64,000 bases of DNA from Eledone cirrhosa (Eukaryota). Positions 1-16,182 of this stretch are shown here, in pieces (the stretch's first letter is position 1; every line of letters starts with the position of its first letter). The notes under the pieces were generated by a model. That model saw only the letters and a program-made list of their open reading frames with translations. It searched no databases and was not told the origin of the DNA. The position numbers and the translations under genes are program-made. The stretch covers positions 160,890,001 through 160,954,000 of the forward strand of contig OZ024742.1 of assembly GCA_964016885.1 (NCBI GenBank). Reading direction: 5' to 3'.

Positions 1-76
1 TTCTTTAGTCAAAAATACGGTGAAAGCGTCTATTTCTATTATATATATATATAGTAGTGGTAACACAATAGTTACG

Positions 77-210
77 CACTGGGGTCAATTTAATCGACTT
101 TCTCCTCCCCCAAAATTGCTGAAACCATTATTATTAATTTGATTGGCAGTATCGGTAAAGCGTTGGACAATATGCTTTACGGAATAGAGTTACAACCCTT
201 TACGTTGTAA
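77..210 (+). mobile_element. tRNA-derived SINE fragments
   Basis: ACTGGGGTCAATTTAATCGAC and TTGGCAGTATCGGTAAAGCGTTGGAC match the SINE repeated through the window. Confidence 0.6.
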
Positions 211-2290
211 TAGGAAAATCCCAGACCAACGTCAGCGTTGTGTTGGAAGCTGTGGAGAAAAAAACGTTAATGGGCAGGTGTATTTCGATGAATTAAAAAA
301 AAAAATGAACTAGCCGCACAATCCGACATTTCTGAAAGAAATCATGCCGGATAGTCATTATGTCGCAAGGGTTAAACAGTTTGGGAACATTTCGGTGATC
401 TTCAAGAGTAAAGCCCCTGACATAAAACACTCTTGGATCTCCTGCAAAATGAGCTAATATATATTATTCCCGTGTTATTTGGGAAGAAGATTTAATTTCA
501 GTATTTCCAGATATCCTGCGAAAGTTAGACATCTGGTGGATCTTGGCATACGTTGTCCTTACGATCTAAAAAGAACCTGGAGGGAAAACTGGTCTGGGAT
601 CAGTTTCCAGATCATTCTCCACATAAAACCGGGGAAGCTGGACAAAATTGTGGATCTAATTAACCCTCCAGGTAGTGTGAACCTACGCGTCATCATTGAG
701 AACAAAAAGCCTAATGTCATCTGTGTGATGAAATAAACCACCTAAGAGTTTTCTGCCTTCAACAGAAAATAGCAGGGAACCACAGAGCTTCATTGTTGCC
801 AACACAACGGCCCTAACAACAACAAAACCAACTTCAACGGCACCAGCAGCAGCGAAGGCGGCCCCACCACAACCACCACCATCGGCGAAGAGCATAAACG
901 AACTCACCCAGGGTGTTTCCCAACCAAGCTCTCCCTCCCCCTCCTTCGAACACAAACTCACACAGACCCTCACAGAAACAGAAACACACTCCCACCCATA
1001 TCCGAGACAAATTCCGAAGACACCGGTACCTCCTCAGGTTGAAGTGAGTGAAGATGAGGGGGTAGCTCCCCCCCCCCCCCCAAAAAAAAAAACATAAAAA
1101 AATATCTTACCTCATACGAACACACGCCAGAAAACACTAGTATCAAATACAGACAAATCCATAACAACTTCAACCCCACCAACACTACAACTGCCCATTC
1201 AAACACCGCCACCACCACCACCATCAACAACAATACTACCACAAAAAGAAAGCATACAAAAACAAAAATCAGCCATACAGACACTGATCTTTGTGCTAGT
1301 GTGGAGGGACACTGAAGAACTGATATCCCTCATAACACGAAGTGATGATGTTGAATGAAAGAGGGAAATCTTTGGCACCAGCACCTATAAAGTGCCACAA
1401 ACTCTTCTGATAGTGACATGTCTCTCGAGACTTATAAAAACATAAGGAGGCACTTCCCTAACGACGTGAGAACTCTATGTAAAAGCCAGGTTACTAGATA
1501 TAGATGTGACAGCCGTCAGCAAGATTAGGATTTCCAACACCCGTACTCTAACCCCATTTTTTGACAACTTTGAGATCTACACATCTCTTAGGCATACTGG
1601 AATGGAAGGAGGGAAGGCAGTACTGTTCAGGAAAAGCTTGGGTCTCGAGGAACCTGAAGGTGTAATAATAGTCCTGGATTTAAACAATTGTGAAGGTGGT
1701 GTTTTTACACTGGTAGACGTTAATGTCCCGACTGGGTCAAGACCCCTAGTTTCGTTCAGGCGTCTGGAAGTCTTTCTTCGAATTTCGGGGAGACGGAAAT
1801 GGTGGCGAACTATAGTTTTCCTACCTCGACATCTTGCCGCGACTCTCGACGGAAGATGCAGAGTGATGCGAAAGGCCGATCTCCCCAGTCGAGATACTTG
1901 CAGCTATGTGAAGCTGTACGAAGCGTAGATTGCCCAGTTTGAATGGTTTACTTTATGAGGTTTTTGTAGCTATGCTAAACTTGTTCGCCGATGTCTTTGC
2001 AGACGTTTATTGCAGCTAGCAACAACATCCCATTTCTGTAAGCCAGGGAGTAGTAACACTGATGATGAAAGACGCAAACAAGGGGAGGTGTTAATTGTAA
2101 ATGCTCGGCCCATATCTCAGCACAACACAGAGTTCAAGATTGTGTCCTAGGTGTTAGCAAATAGGTTGGTGCTTGTCGTCAAGAGTTTGGTCGGGGAAGC
2201 GCAGACATGCGCAATCCCAACCTGGTGAATACACGACAAACTTTGCCTCATATGATACATCATGAGAACTCGATTATAATGGTACGCTTG
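210..2290 (+). mobile_element. Decayed L1/Tx1-like LINE (ORF1 remnant, AP-endonuclease and RT fragments)
   Basis: 1506-1928 has APE-like PEGVIIVLDL...FTLVDVNVPTG...FRRLEVFL. 2106-2262 translates RPISQHNTEFKIVS*VLANRL...QTCAIP..IHDKL, typical of the L1/Tx1 RT N-terminus. Stops and deletions are present. Confidence 0.8.
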
Positions 2291-3524
2291 TCTGTGGAAT
2301 ATTAAGCTACTTTCAAGTTTATCATAATAATTGCAGTACTCGTCCCGAAGAGCCAACGCGAGTGTCTGTGCGTATGTGAGTGTATGTGTGTGTGTGACCA
2401 AGGTTTTTGAAATATGCTCTATATGGACGTCTTTAACATGCCTGCCAAATCTAGCGAGAGGATATCAAAGTAAAACAAAGATATTCTGAGCATCAATCCA
2501 TCACACGCAGCCTATAAGCTATAGTATCTAACCAGAACCAGATTTCAGATCCAATGACAAGACTAGCACAAAAATATTGGCTGACTCTGACCTAAATCGG
2601 AACACGCCCAGATAATCCAGTATCTCTTCCTAGCAGCTCGGTGAATATATCTAGACAATGAAGCATAATACGTTTAGAAACCCAGTAAAACATCAGTAGT
2701 ATACAAGTATCCCTGACACCGATGTAGTCCAAAACAAAGGAAAAGGTCGATGCTGCTTGGCGCCAATGTCTTCTCAGTTCATGCTCTATGAGCAAGAGAT
2801 CCGATGCTTCATCCAGTTCAATAATTCGGTAAAAATATAATCTTAAGACACATGCAACTACTATCTATTTAAGTTAAATGGAACTAATGTATATTTAAAA
2901 TACATAGAACTAATATGTATTCAGAATACATAGAAATAACATATATTTAGAATACAAGAAGCTACTATGTATTTATAACACATAGAGCTACTATATATTC
3001 AAAGATCGTGCTTGTGTTTTAAGTCTGCTGATTATGGTAGCGTGATTTCTTCAAATGAAATGTAATATGTTTATATAAGATAGTTGAGTAATGATATTCC
3101 TAATTAGCTTTGATTCTCTAATTGTTATTCAATATACATTAATTAAGCCTTTTCTAATTAATGTATATTTTTAGCTCTTTCATCTTCGGGCTAATAATGT
3201 TTTAGATGGAAATATGTTCAGGCACGTTGTTGGCAGCATTATATCTTATCGATGTACCTTCAAATAACTTGCTCATTGTTACAAGTTTTTTTGTTTGTTT
3301 TTTTTTTGTTTGAGAGCAACAAAGCGTAACAACATGATATCAGTAGATATTGCATGTTTCATGTTAGAGCATGTACTTACTATTATGTACGTACTGTAAC
3401 GTAAACTGTAAACTGTAACAAGTTCACGGTTAGGAGGTTATGTGCAGGGGGAGAGGAGGGTAATGTTCACACAGTAATAGTAAGAATATATTTATAAACA
3501 TATACATTATACATAATAGAGGTG

Positions 3525-3748
<224 letters not shown>

Positions 3749-4529
3749 TATATATATATATATATATGTATATGTATGTATATATGTATGTATATATATA
3801 TATATAAATACGTGTATATGTGTGTGTTGTGTGTGTGTGTGGAAATGTACATATGTCTGTGTGTCTGTGAACTTAACAATGAATGTTTGTCTATGAACAT
3901 ATGTTTATGTGTATCTATGTGTATGCGCGTCTTTATGTTTCTATCTGTGTGTGTGTGTATGTGGGTTTCTGTATACGTGGTGTGTATGTATCTGTAACAA
4001 TGAACATCTGTCTATGAATATACGGGTATCTAGTTTTTTGTGTGCATATATATTTGTATACGTGTGCATATTTCCAATAACTATTCCCTTGGGCCCACAC
4101 AGTGTGTGAAATACATAACATTGTTGTAAATTGTTAATGTTTATTTTATGCTCCCAAATCACAGTTACTACTGCATGAAAAACAATGTTTGGTTATTCTC
4201 CCACATTTCAACATGTATAACTGTTTGTCGCGGAGACCTTATGAAATATTCATATATAACAAAAGCCATGGGTTATTTGATTGATCCTGTATCAATTTGA
4301 AACGAACTACTCAAGTAGAAAGTCATTGAACTACCAGTTTAGGCTCGTGAATTACAAAGTTGATCTATGTATCCTATCCGTGAATTGGACCTAGCTGGAA
4401 AATAAGAGTTCACTGGTTTGAGAAAGTCATCTGCTAGAGACTACTGCACTAACGTGGGTAAGTTTGCTTTCTTTCCCCTTTTACGCTTCAGAAGCCAAGT
4501 TAGAATGCTCTTGTGTGTATGAACGTGTA

Positions 4530-4827
4530 ACTCCTGATGGAGTCATATAGGCGCTATAGTGATATACGGCGTTTCTTGGGCATTTTAAACCAGACGGAGT
4601 CTATCACCTTACCATGTCGGAACACAGCCGATTTCTACCTGAGAGAAGAAGAGAAAAAGAAATATAGAGGAAGAATCGGTTCCAGTTCTGTACTGGTACT
4701 TCTTTTATTGACCTCGAAAGAATGAAAGGCAAGTGTCTTTGATGGACTTTTAACTGAGAACTCAGAACCGCAGCGAGTACCGCAAAGCATTCTATTGGAC
4801 GTTCTAAGGATTTTGTCAATTCTCCTT
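4530..4827 (-). mobile_element. tRNA-derived SINE
   Basis: Homologous to 17808-18126; TACTGGTACTT...GAATGAAAGGCAAG core. Confidence 0.75.
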
Positions 4828-4866
4828 ACAGGGTGATTAACTTGCACATTTAGCTTACTGGTAATG

Positions 4867-5472
<606 letters not shown>

Positions 5473-5699
5473 GTGTGTGGGTGGCTGGGTGTATACATGT
5501 ACATATATTAGCCGGTAAACAAGAAAATAAGAATAGACAAAATAACACAGGATATAACATTGAAGACTTCACCTACCTGTAAACAGCACATCTTTTCATA
5601 TTATAAAATCCTTCCTTTTTTTTTCTTTTTAATTACAACAATTACCATATAGACAACACACAACAGGACCAAAGCTAAGACGAACGACAAAACAAACAA

Positions 5700-5980
5700 A
5701 CTGATAGACTAATATATAAACACACTAACATATAAACGGATAGACTAACACATAAACACACTAACACACAAATGGATAGACTAACACATAAACACACTAA
5801 ACACACAAACGGATAGACTAACACATAAACACACTAAACACACAAACGGATAGACTAACACATAAACACACTAAATACACAAACGGATAGACTAACACAT
5901 AAACACACTAAATACACAAACGGATAGGCTAACACATAAACACACTAAATACACAAACGGATAGGCTAACACATAAACAC
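5700..5980. repeat. ~37-bp tandem repeat (ACACAAACGGATAGACTAACACATAAACACACTAAA), about 7 copies
   Basis: Units are visible directly. Confidence 0.9.
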
Positions 5981-6114
5981 AAAACAAACAAACACACAAC
6001 ACACAACACACAACAGAGCTGAAGGAAAAAGAAACAACAGTGAAACACAACAAAGCTAAACACTAAGACAAACAATTACAATATGGCAGTCACGCAAATA
6101 ATGTTTTCCTAGAT

Positions 6115-6298
6115 AATAATTGTTTCTACTTTAGGCACAAGGCCAACAAATACCCAGTGCATTACTGGTACTTTATTTTATCGACCCCGTAGGGATGAAA
6201 GGCAAAGTTAACCTCGGCGGGATTTGAACTCAGATCATACAGGGAGGTAACTCTATGCTTCAAAGCATGGCTACCGATCCTCTACCGATACTGCCAAA
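6115..6298 (-). mobile_element. tRNA-derived SINE
   Basis: GATGAAAGGCAAAGTTAACCTCGGCGGGATTTGAACTCAG core. Confidence 0.85.
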
Positions 6299-6379
6299 TG
6301 AGTGTTGTATATATAACAGTGTGGCTTTTTATGTATCCTGACTCCATTATCAATTTCTGGCTGTATAATAATAATAATA

Positions 6380-6634
6380 AGACTTGTTGTTGCTGTTATT
6401 GATGTTGCTAGTGATATGGTTGCTGTTGATGTTGTTTTTGTTGTTGTAATGGTGGTGATAGTAATGTTGTTAGTAGTGATGATGATGTTGTAGTTGGTGT
6501 TATTATTGTTGTTGTTGCTGTAAGTGATGTTTTTGCTGTTGATGTTGTTTTTGTTGATGTAATGGTGGTGATAGCGTTGTTGTTATTCTTGTTGTTGTTG
6601 TTGTTGTTGTTATTGTTGTTGTTGTTGTTATTTG

Positions 6635-6692
<58 letters not shown>

Positions 6693-7400
6693 ATTGTTGT
6701 TGTAATGGTGTTGCTAGTTGTGTTGTTGTTGTTTTTGTTGTTGTAATGGTGGTGATTGTGATGTTGTTAGCAGTGTTGATGGTGTTATAGTTGTTGTTGT
6801 TGTAACAGTGCTGATTGTGATGTTGTTAGTGATGATGATAGTGTTTGTAGTTATTGTTATTGTTGTTGTTGTTTTTATTGTAATGGTGGTGATAATGATG
6901 TTGTTGTTAATGTTGTTTTTTGTTGTTGTAATGGTGGTGATAGTGATGTTGTTAGTAGTGATGATAGTGTTGTAGTTGTTGTTATTGTGGTTGTGGTTGT
7001 AATGCTGTTGCCATCGATGTTCTTCATGTTGCTGTTGTTGTTATTGTTGTTGCAATTGTTGTAGTTATTGTTAAGGTTGTTATTCTAGTGATGTTGATAG
7101 TGATGATTGTACTGCTGTAGTTGTAGTTGATGTTGTTGTTATAGCTATCGTTTTTATTGTAATATTACTGATAATTATGATGATAGTGATGTTTGTGTTG
7201 TCATTGCAGTTGTTGTTGTAGCTATAGTGATATATATTGTTGTAGTTTTTGTTATAGCTGTTGTTGTAGTTGGTGTTATAGTTGTTGTTGTTGTAATGGT
7301 GCCTATAGGGAAGTTGATGGTTGTGTTGTTGTAGTTACTGTCGTAGCTATGATTGTTGTTACTCTTGTTGTAGTTGTTTTGTTGTTATAGCAGCAGCAGC

Positions 7401-7442
<42 letters not shown>

Positions 7443-7700
7443 TGTTGTTGTTGTTGTTGTAATGATGCCTTTAGTGAATCTGTTGTAGTTATTGTCGTAG
7501 CTATGATTGTTGTTACTCTTGTTGTAGTTGTTACTCTAGTTGTTGTTGTTGTAATGATGCTTGTGTTGTAGTTATTGTCGTAGCTATGATTGTTGTTACT
7601 CTAGTTGTTGTTGTTGTTGTAATGATGCTTGTGTTGTAGTTATTGTCGTAGCTCTGGTTGTTGTTACTCTAGTTGTTGTTGTAGCTGTTGCTGTTGTTGA
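6380..7700. repeat. Degenerate (GTT/GAT/GTA)n trinucleotide low-complexity tract
   Basis: Seen directly; explains the poly-V/C ORFs. Confidence 0.9.
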
Positions 7701-7989
7701 TTTGTACATGTTGCAGCAGCTAGACTACATTGTTCAGTTGAGTTACTCCACCACAACAATTCAATTGCTTTTTTTAGCAGCATGAGGCTGGTCGGTAGGG
7801 TGGGGCGACAGCAGTGGCAGTACCATAGCAGTATTGCTGTGGGGTCGGGAGAGGGCAGGGCTTGGCTGGGTTAATGTTTCAAGCGAGTTTTTTCATTTTT
7901 TTGGCAGTGAGGAGTTTTGGTGGTGGTGTTGGTGAGTGGGTAGGGGAAATGGTAAATGCAAGAAAAGATGCATGGATGGAGAGATGTAG

Positions 7990-9105
<1,116 letters not shown>

Positions 9106-9654
9106 TGCAGAGCGAAACAAAATAAGAGTATACAAGAGAATAGCTGCTTGAAAATCAGCAGCAAGGGTAATGTAAAAGTTTGGTGGGAATCTTTTACAAT
9201 GAAGAAATTAAAGAAGTGTACTTTTGCAGCAAAAGCAACTTAAGGGCAAAGCTTTTGTAATATCATTTCTCCTCCTTATTATTTTTATTCTTCTAGTCTT
9301 TCATTCTTTTATTCTTTTATTAAGTTGACCAGTACCATCGATGTTAATGACAATGGCGTTGAATGTATTTAAGTTTTGGAGTCCAGAATTAGTATGTCAT
9401 ATGTCATATATGCCAGAATTACCGGATATATGAACAACCATACAAACTGGGAAATTCAAGGTTTGATGATTTATTAGTTTGCATAAGAGAAACCCTATCG
9501 TTGGTGTTGTTTGCTGACAGGTGGAAGAAATGAGAATGTTATTAAAATAATATATTTCTATAATATAATTACATAAATGCTTAGAATGTATAAAAACATT
9601 ATATACAGGATTAAAAATAAGAGTAACTTTGGAGAAATAACTACTTGCAGGGAC

Positions 9655-9709
<55 letters not shown>

Positions 9710-9714
<5 letters not shown>

Positions 9715-10095
9715 GCTATGCAAAAGGCATTGTGTTTATTGTTTTCAAAAATGCCACACTATCAATGGAAAGTACTATGCCAACTTGTTGAGGCAGTTAC
9801 GAAAGTTTATCAAGACTAAACGCCCATGAAAACTGACAAAAGGGGTCTTGTTTCATCAGGACAATACTCCAGCACACAAGTCCTTGGTTTCAATGGCTGA
9901 TGTGTGTGACTGTGGATTTGAACAAGTTGATCTCCCTCACTATTCTCTAGATTTGGCTATATCTGTTCCTTAACATGAAAAAAACACTTGGCTGGGCACC
10001 AATATCTCAGTGATTCTGATGTCATATCTGCTGTTGATGACGTTTTGACCAGCAAGATGAAAGTTTATTTACCAATGGGATCCAATCACCGTATG
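9710..10095 (+). mobile_element. Decayed mariner transposase C-terminal fragment
   Basis: Frameshifted translation TINGKYYANLLRQLR...KRP*KLTKGVLFHQDNTPAH...HYSLDLA...LFLNMKK matches mariner HDNA and YSPDLAP motifs. Confidence 0.85.
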
Positions 10096-10134
10096 AGGTC
10101 ACGATTAGATCCTACTGCGTGATATATTGTCATT

Positions 10135-10375
10135 CAGTGTAACCCTGCGTCGATCCAAGCTATGTGAGTGAAATTGGGTAAGCGGAAATTGTGTGTGAGC
10201 CTGTCATATTGACTGTGTCTGCAATTCAACTGTCTAACCTTGTCGCATTCTACTTGAGGATTGCATTAAAGATACATGTGTCTCTGGAATACTCAGCCAT
10301 TTGCATTCCTGTCCAATAAGGGGGTACTTCAGTTCATCAACTAACTAAATACACATAGTTGAAACTAATGAAGAT
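10135..10375 (+). mobile_element. SINE body fragment
   Basis: GATACATGTGTCTCTGGAATACTCAGCCATTTGCA is shared with other SINE copies (e.g. 41460-41500). Confidence 0.55.
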
Positions 10376-10608
10376 CCATTTATTTCTTTAGTTACTTTGG
10401 TAGACTGGGCAATTTCAGATGTAAGGGTTTTAGTTTACACAAGACATTGATGAAGGTATTCATGGACAGTGAACTTGTATACATACACACACACAGACCC
10501 AGACACAGAGACACACACGCACAAGCGCACACACACATATATATATATGTGTGTGTGTGTGTATATATATATGTGTATATATATATGTGTATATATATAT
10601 ATATATAT

Positions 10609-10811
10609 AACGAAGGAAATGTGGTAAGGAACCAGGTGGACCATAACGCACCAAAGTACTCAATACTTAGGGTAGTAGAGTGGGTAAGAGGAACGAGTAG
10701 GACCCCGACGGCTGAGCTCAAGCCGTTTCGACGGCTAATTCTGGACTAATTTTAGTCCAGAATTAGCCGTCGAAACGGCTTGAGCTTAGCCGTCGGGGTC
10801 CTACTTGTTCC

Positions 10812-10813
<2 letters not shown>
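10609..10813 (-). mobile_element. (TA)n-embedded palindromic module, family B, carrying the 3' half of a hammerhead ribozyme
   Basis: Copies at 25442-25634, 29099-29302, 36719-36905 and 44913-45104, with partial copies at 40066-40174, 47891-48025 and 50208-50250. GTC-GAAAC-GGC-TTGAGCTCA-GCC-GTC corresponds to GAAA plus stem III plus a GUC site. Confidence 0.8.
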
Positions 10814-10899
<86 letters not shown>

Positions 10900-11439
10900 A
10901 GAGACATGTATCATAAGAGTGGAGGAGAGAGAAAAAACTATGATACAATATATTAGACGCCAATAGCCGAAGCGAAGTGTGCTCAATGCATCTTGTGATT
11001 TGAATTTTCCTAGTATATTTCAAACGCCGTGTATAATTTTAATCAGTTTTTCCGATGATTTGATTAAGCATGCATTGTATTTAAAATTGAGTGACATAAC
11101 TTCAAGTGATTAACAATTTTTGGACAACTTAATCAATGAAACAATTGTTAATACTGTAAATAAAACCCTTTTTGTACTGTTGACTATGTTATTCTTTACT
11201 CTATCACTATTATTACTCCAAGATTAACCAGCATAGGAATTCCCGAGAACTTGCAATCTCGCTACCTAAGGAAACCTCTTGTTGAGTCAAACAACGCCGT
11301 ACGCTAAAACTACCCACATTACGGTGTATTCACAACCTCTAATTGGATTACCTATAACGATAATTTGTTATCCCACATATATATATATATACATCCTCAA
11401 ACCGATCACAACAACATATTTTAATATACACGAGGTGCA

Positions 11440-12052
11440 TCTGAGAACAGTGACTAATCCCTCGGAGGCTGAGGTCTGAAGAGCAACTAAAGAGCTCAAA
11501 TGTGGCAAGGCTGCTGGGGAGGATGAAATTCGGCCAGAGATGTTAAAAGCCTTAAATAGAGAAAGTATCCTCTGGCTAACTCAAGCGTACCGAGTAGCCT
11601 GAATCTCTGGAAAGGCACCTAAGCAATGGCAATCGGGAGTGATAATCACCATTTTGAAAATCAGAAAAAAAAAAGATTTTTCTGATTATAGAAAGATCTA
11701 CTTGTTAAACCTCTCCGGTAAAGTCTATGCAAAGTGTCTGGCAAAGAGATGTAGGGAGGTTGTCGAGTCCAAGCTAGCTGATGAACAGTGTTACTTTTGT
11801 TCCGAACACAGCACAACCAACCAAATATCCAAACTGCGTCAAGTCTTTGAGAAATTGTGGGAGTATTGCCAAGAGGTGTATTCTTGCATTCTAGACCCCG
11901 AAAAGGCGCAGGATCACGTTCCACGGGACATGCCATGGAAGGTACTGCAGGAGTATGGGATCGATGGTCAGCTTCTTGTCGCCTTAATATCTTTATATGA
12001 ATGCCTGAGTATATGTGTTCGGATAAATCGTGTTAAATCGAAACGATTCAGA
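11440..12052 (+). mobile_element. RTE-clade LINE reverse transcriptase fragment
   Basis: LKCGKAAGEDEIRPEMLKAL...WQSGVI...DYRKIYLLNLSGKVYAK...EQCYF...STTNQI..LRQVFEK.WEY...DPEKAQDHVPR. Confidence 0.85.
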
Positions 12053-12056
12053 TGGA

Positions 12057-12192
12057 CGTTTTTATCGACCTCGAAGGATGAAATGCAAAGACGACCTCGG
12101 CGAGATTTGAACTCAGAGCGCAGATAACCGTGACACGGATACATTAAATCATTCTACCGAACGTTCTAACGACTGTTCCAATTTGCTGCTCT
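12057..12192 (-). mobile_element. tRNA-derived SINE fragment
   Basis: TTTATCGACCTCGAAGGATGAAATGCAAAGACGACCTCGGCGAGATTTGAACTCAG. Confidence 0.75.
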
Positions 12193-12349
12193 TAATGACA
12201 ATGATAATACATGAACTTCTAGCCTCCCCAATGTGATTAGTGCCTGTCATTCTATCGCCATGACCATCCATTCAACATCATATATTGGATTTTAATTGTT
12301 CGGTCTCTTTTCAGACCGGCAATTAAACATGTGGTTTTGATTTCAAGTG

Positions 12350-12455
<106 letters not shown>

Positions 12456-12696
12456 GAGTGTGTGTGTGTATGTGTGTGTGTGTGTGCGTGTGCGTGTGCG
12501 TGTGCGTGTGTGTGTGTGCGTGTCAGTGTGTTTATGCAACTATGTACGTATATGTGTGTATAGTTTGTTTCTATTGCAGCGCAATATGTAGGTTTAATAA
12601 CTCTGTATATGTTTGTGTATAGTTTGTGTGTTTGTTTCTACAGCTGCAAAGAGAATGTGGCGAAGGTGTGCGTTTGTGTGGATGTGCGTGTATGTG

Positions 12697-12815
<119 letters not shown>

Positions 12816-13435
12816 TGTTTTCTTTTACGTTTTTATTTTTTTATATTCACTTTTATTTTTATTTTTCGCTTTGTTGCTACAAGGAATGTTAATATTATTT
12901 CGCTATTTTACATGTTACTAAGTATTATTGCAATGCATTTTTCTCATAATTGTTTTTATGTTAACATTTTTTTCAGTTTTCAATAACTATCTATAGTGTT
13001 TTTGTTTATTTTCTGCTGTTTTTTTTTTGTGTGTATCTGTATCTCAGCGTGTGTACGTATACTATATTTTTTTTCAAATCAATCAAGCTTTGTTACAGAT
13101 AGAAAAGACTCAATGAGATCTTATGGTGTGCTCTTTTTAAGTCAATTTTCTAACAAACAACATTAAAAAGTTCTATAAAGTGAACTATAATAAGGCTGAC
13201 CATAGGTTTGCACAGTGTATTTTCCTCTTTAATGTGCAAGCCTAGTTATGTTGTTTTTGTGAAAGACCAGCCGTTGTCTATACATGGAGGTCTTTCCAAT
13301 ATTGGCACCGGTGACGTTGCAGGTGAGCTTAGCATATATGTGTTTATGTGTGTGTGCGTGTGTGCGTGTGTAAATTTAAAGAGTTCAGACGGTTATAAAT
13401 ATATGTTTATATATATATATGTATATATATATATA

Positions 13436-13551
<116 letters not shown>

Positions 13552-13860
13552 AACACATACACATAATGTATTTCCTCTCTCACTCTACAAGTTCATTTTC
13601 CACTCAAAAGGTCCTGGGTTCTAACACTACATTTTCCCCTGCAAATAGTTAATACTGCAAAGTTACTTATACACTTATAGAAACATACTGAACATATATA
13701 ATCATATCCTTGAAATAAATAATTGAAATATCATTAAATGTTTTAATCATTTGCGCGTGTCAGTAATCAACATATACTATAGGGTTTCTCTTATGCAAAC
13801 TATACATTTATCACAACGCAAATTTCTCAGTTTATATAATTGTTCATGTATCTAGTAATC

Positions 13861-13908
<48 letters not shown>

Positions 13909-13962
13909 CGTGGAAAAGTAAGAAATCGGAGAATAGACCATTAAAATATGTTTATTTAAAAT

Positions 13963-14004
13963 AGCACCTACGTACGTTTCGCCCAGTTGGGCTTGTCAAG
14001 GGCA
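13963..14004 (-). ncRNA. Hammerhead ribozyme, U3-A8 core variant
   Basis: GCCC-TTGACAA-GCCC-AACT-GGGC-GAAACGTACGTA-GG, located in the PLE 3' tail. Confidence 0.75.
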
Positions 14005-16142
14005 TAAATAACCAAAAGTGTTCCCTACATTGCCCGGAAAGAGTTGTTGGGGTCAAATTCACGTCAAGATTCATTCTTTGCAAAAAAAGCGTGTTTTGAA
14101 TTTGCAGTAGGTCAAGGAAGGTAACTTTGGCCGGTGTTAGGACAGTCTTTCCCGGACAAATTTTGTTATAGTTACAAGATGTGGTTACAACCTTACCATT
14201 GTCGATACGCACAGGGTCATGTAATCAACGCTTATTTTGAGACGTTTGTTTTTTTCCGTACCTGCTTGCCTGGGTCGTTTGAGGCTGGGTCTGGGATGCA
14301 TGGTTAGTTTCCTGGGTGTATTTTTGCAGAGCCTGTCCGCCTGGGTGTTAAAGCTTGTTGCAGGGAGACTCGGTACACGGTTTCACTCCTCATCCTTAAC
14401 CCATCTGAAGAATGATATTTTTAAGCGATGTGTACAACTTATCGTCGTTTCAGCTCTGCTGTTGATGAGCTCGTGGGGTGCAGTTATGGTGTAGTAGAGC
14501 TCTTGAAGTTGTACGGTGCAGCCCTATCGACAATATCCCAGTGCGTGGAGAAGCTGATGTTTAAGTCTTTTAATGATGTGATGTAGTCGGCGAGCGAAGT
14601 AGAGTGTCTTAATTTCTTATTTGTGAAAGAGTGGAGATGTGTTCGAAATCTAATTTTGAACGGGCCGGAGGTAGCCCCTATATAATGTTTAACGCTATTG
14701 TGGCTAGTTACAGTGCAGCTATATATAACCCCATCAGTCAAGCAGTATCTTCTAAGGGGCAGCGTCCCCTGTCGCAGCAGTTGCAATTTCTGTCGCGGTA
14801 AGGCTATCATTGTTTCTGTCTACGTTGTTATCTACGCTCCTGCAGCTGTCGTTAGCACCATTACAACCCACAGTGCGCGGGGTGGTACGATTATTATTTA
14901 GCACGTCATGTCCTGCATGCTCCCCAGTCATGTCACGGTTATGCTGGTTGCGTCTGTAGAGGCCGTTGCCAGCACTATTGGATGCTGCTAGGGAGTTGTT
15001 AAGGCCGATATAGTTATTGTCAAGTGTAGGTGCATCTGTGCTAAGGTGCTGTGTCTTGGTGATCTTACTGTGGTTCGTTGTTCCTATGATGTCTGCTAGG
15101 TTAGGAGTAGTAGAGAAGGATATTTTTATATTGTTTCTATTAAGAATTTTTCTATACCTATGGTTGGGCGGGAAGTTCTTCTCTAAGGCTTCGAAGAATA
15201 TCCGGGGTATGTTGGAGGCCACACTCCGAGAGTAGGGGGTGGGCGTGGAACCATAGGACGTTACGGTGGCGATTACGTGTCCTTGTACGTTTGCTACGGG
15301 TAGTTCCATCTAGGTGACCGTTCTTATGTATGTTAATGCGCTGTAGCCCGTTACGTGCCCTTTCACTTTATGCTCGGGTGCACTCTTCTTCCTTCTTCCA
15401 TGTTTATGTACAGGAAGATGTTGGTTGGAAGGCGTTGGTAGTAGGCCGTCACCTTTGTTGATTTCATAGTAGGTGAATAATTCGAGTAGGCTACAGTGGT
15501 CACTGTCACCGGGGTGGTGATATTTATTGTGTTGTAAGTTACCTATACCATCGCCAGTGTAATTAAAGTTGCGCCCATGTTCCTTAGTGCGATTATCTAT
15601 ACTATTATATCCGACACCTACGAAGTCACCGCGTTATCGGTTATAGGTATGGCTTACTATAACGTTCGTTTTATGAGGCGGGTTCTAGAGCTAGCGTTAG
15701 GGATGTAGGAAATTCCTCGGTTAAAGCCGGCGCTTATCAAGGCCTTATTGTAGTAATCTGCCGCTTGGTTGAAGATATCCTCATTGGCGGAGAGCCTCGA
15801 GATTCTATGTGAGATACTATAGACTATGGAGTTGAGAGTCTGCTTAGGGTGGTTGGAGGGATAATCAAACGACCCAGGCAAGCAGGTACGGTAAAAACAA
15901 ACGTCTCAAAATAAGCGTTGATTACATGACCCTGTGCGTATCGACATTGGTAAGGTTGTAACCACATCTTGTAACGGATAAAAGATTTGTCCGGGAAAGA
16001 CTGCCCTAACACCGGCCAGAGTTACCTCCCTTGACCTACTGCAAACTCAAAACACGCTTTTTTTGCAAAGAATGAATCTTGACGTGAACTTAACTCCAAA
16101 AACTCTTTCCGAGCAATGTAAGGAACATTTTTGGTTATTTAT

Positions 16143-16182
16143 GCCCTTGACAAGCCCAACTGGGCGAAACGTACGTAGGTGC
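16143..16182 (+). ncRNA. Hammerhead ribozyme, U3-A8 core variant (inverted copy)
   Basis: Same motif as 13963-14004, on the plus strand. Confidence 0.75.

Noticed and set aside
5565-5600. Possible recursive splice site or exon boundary (minus strand TTTACAG|GTAGGT)
   Set aside because: Weak polypyrimidine tract and no supportable exon; cannot be distinguished from chance.
6718-7785. Cys/Val-rich ORFs resembling metallothionein or membrane peptides
   Set aside because: (GTT)n-derived low complexity with no splice or family evidence.
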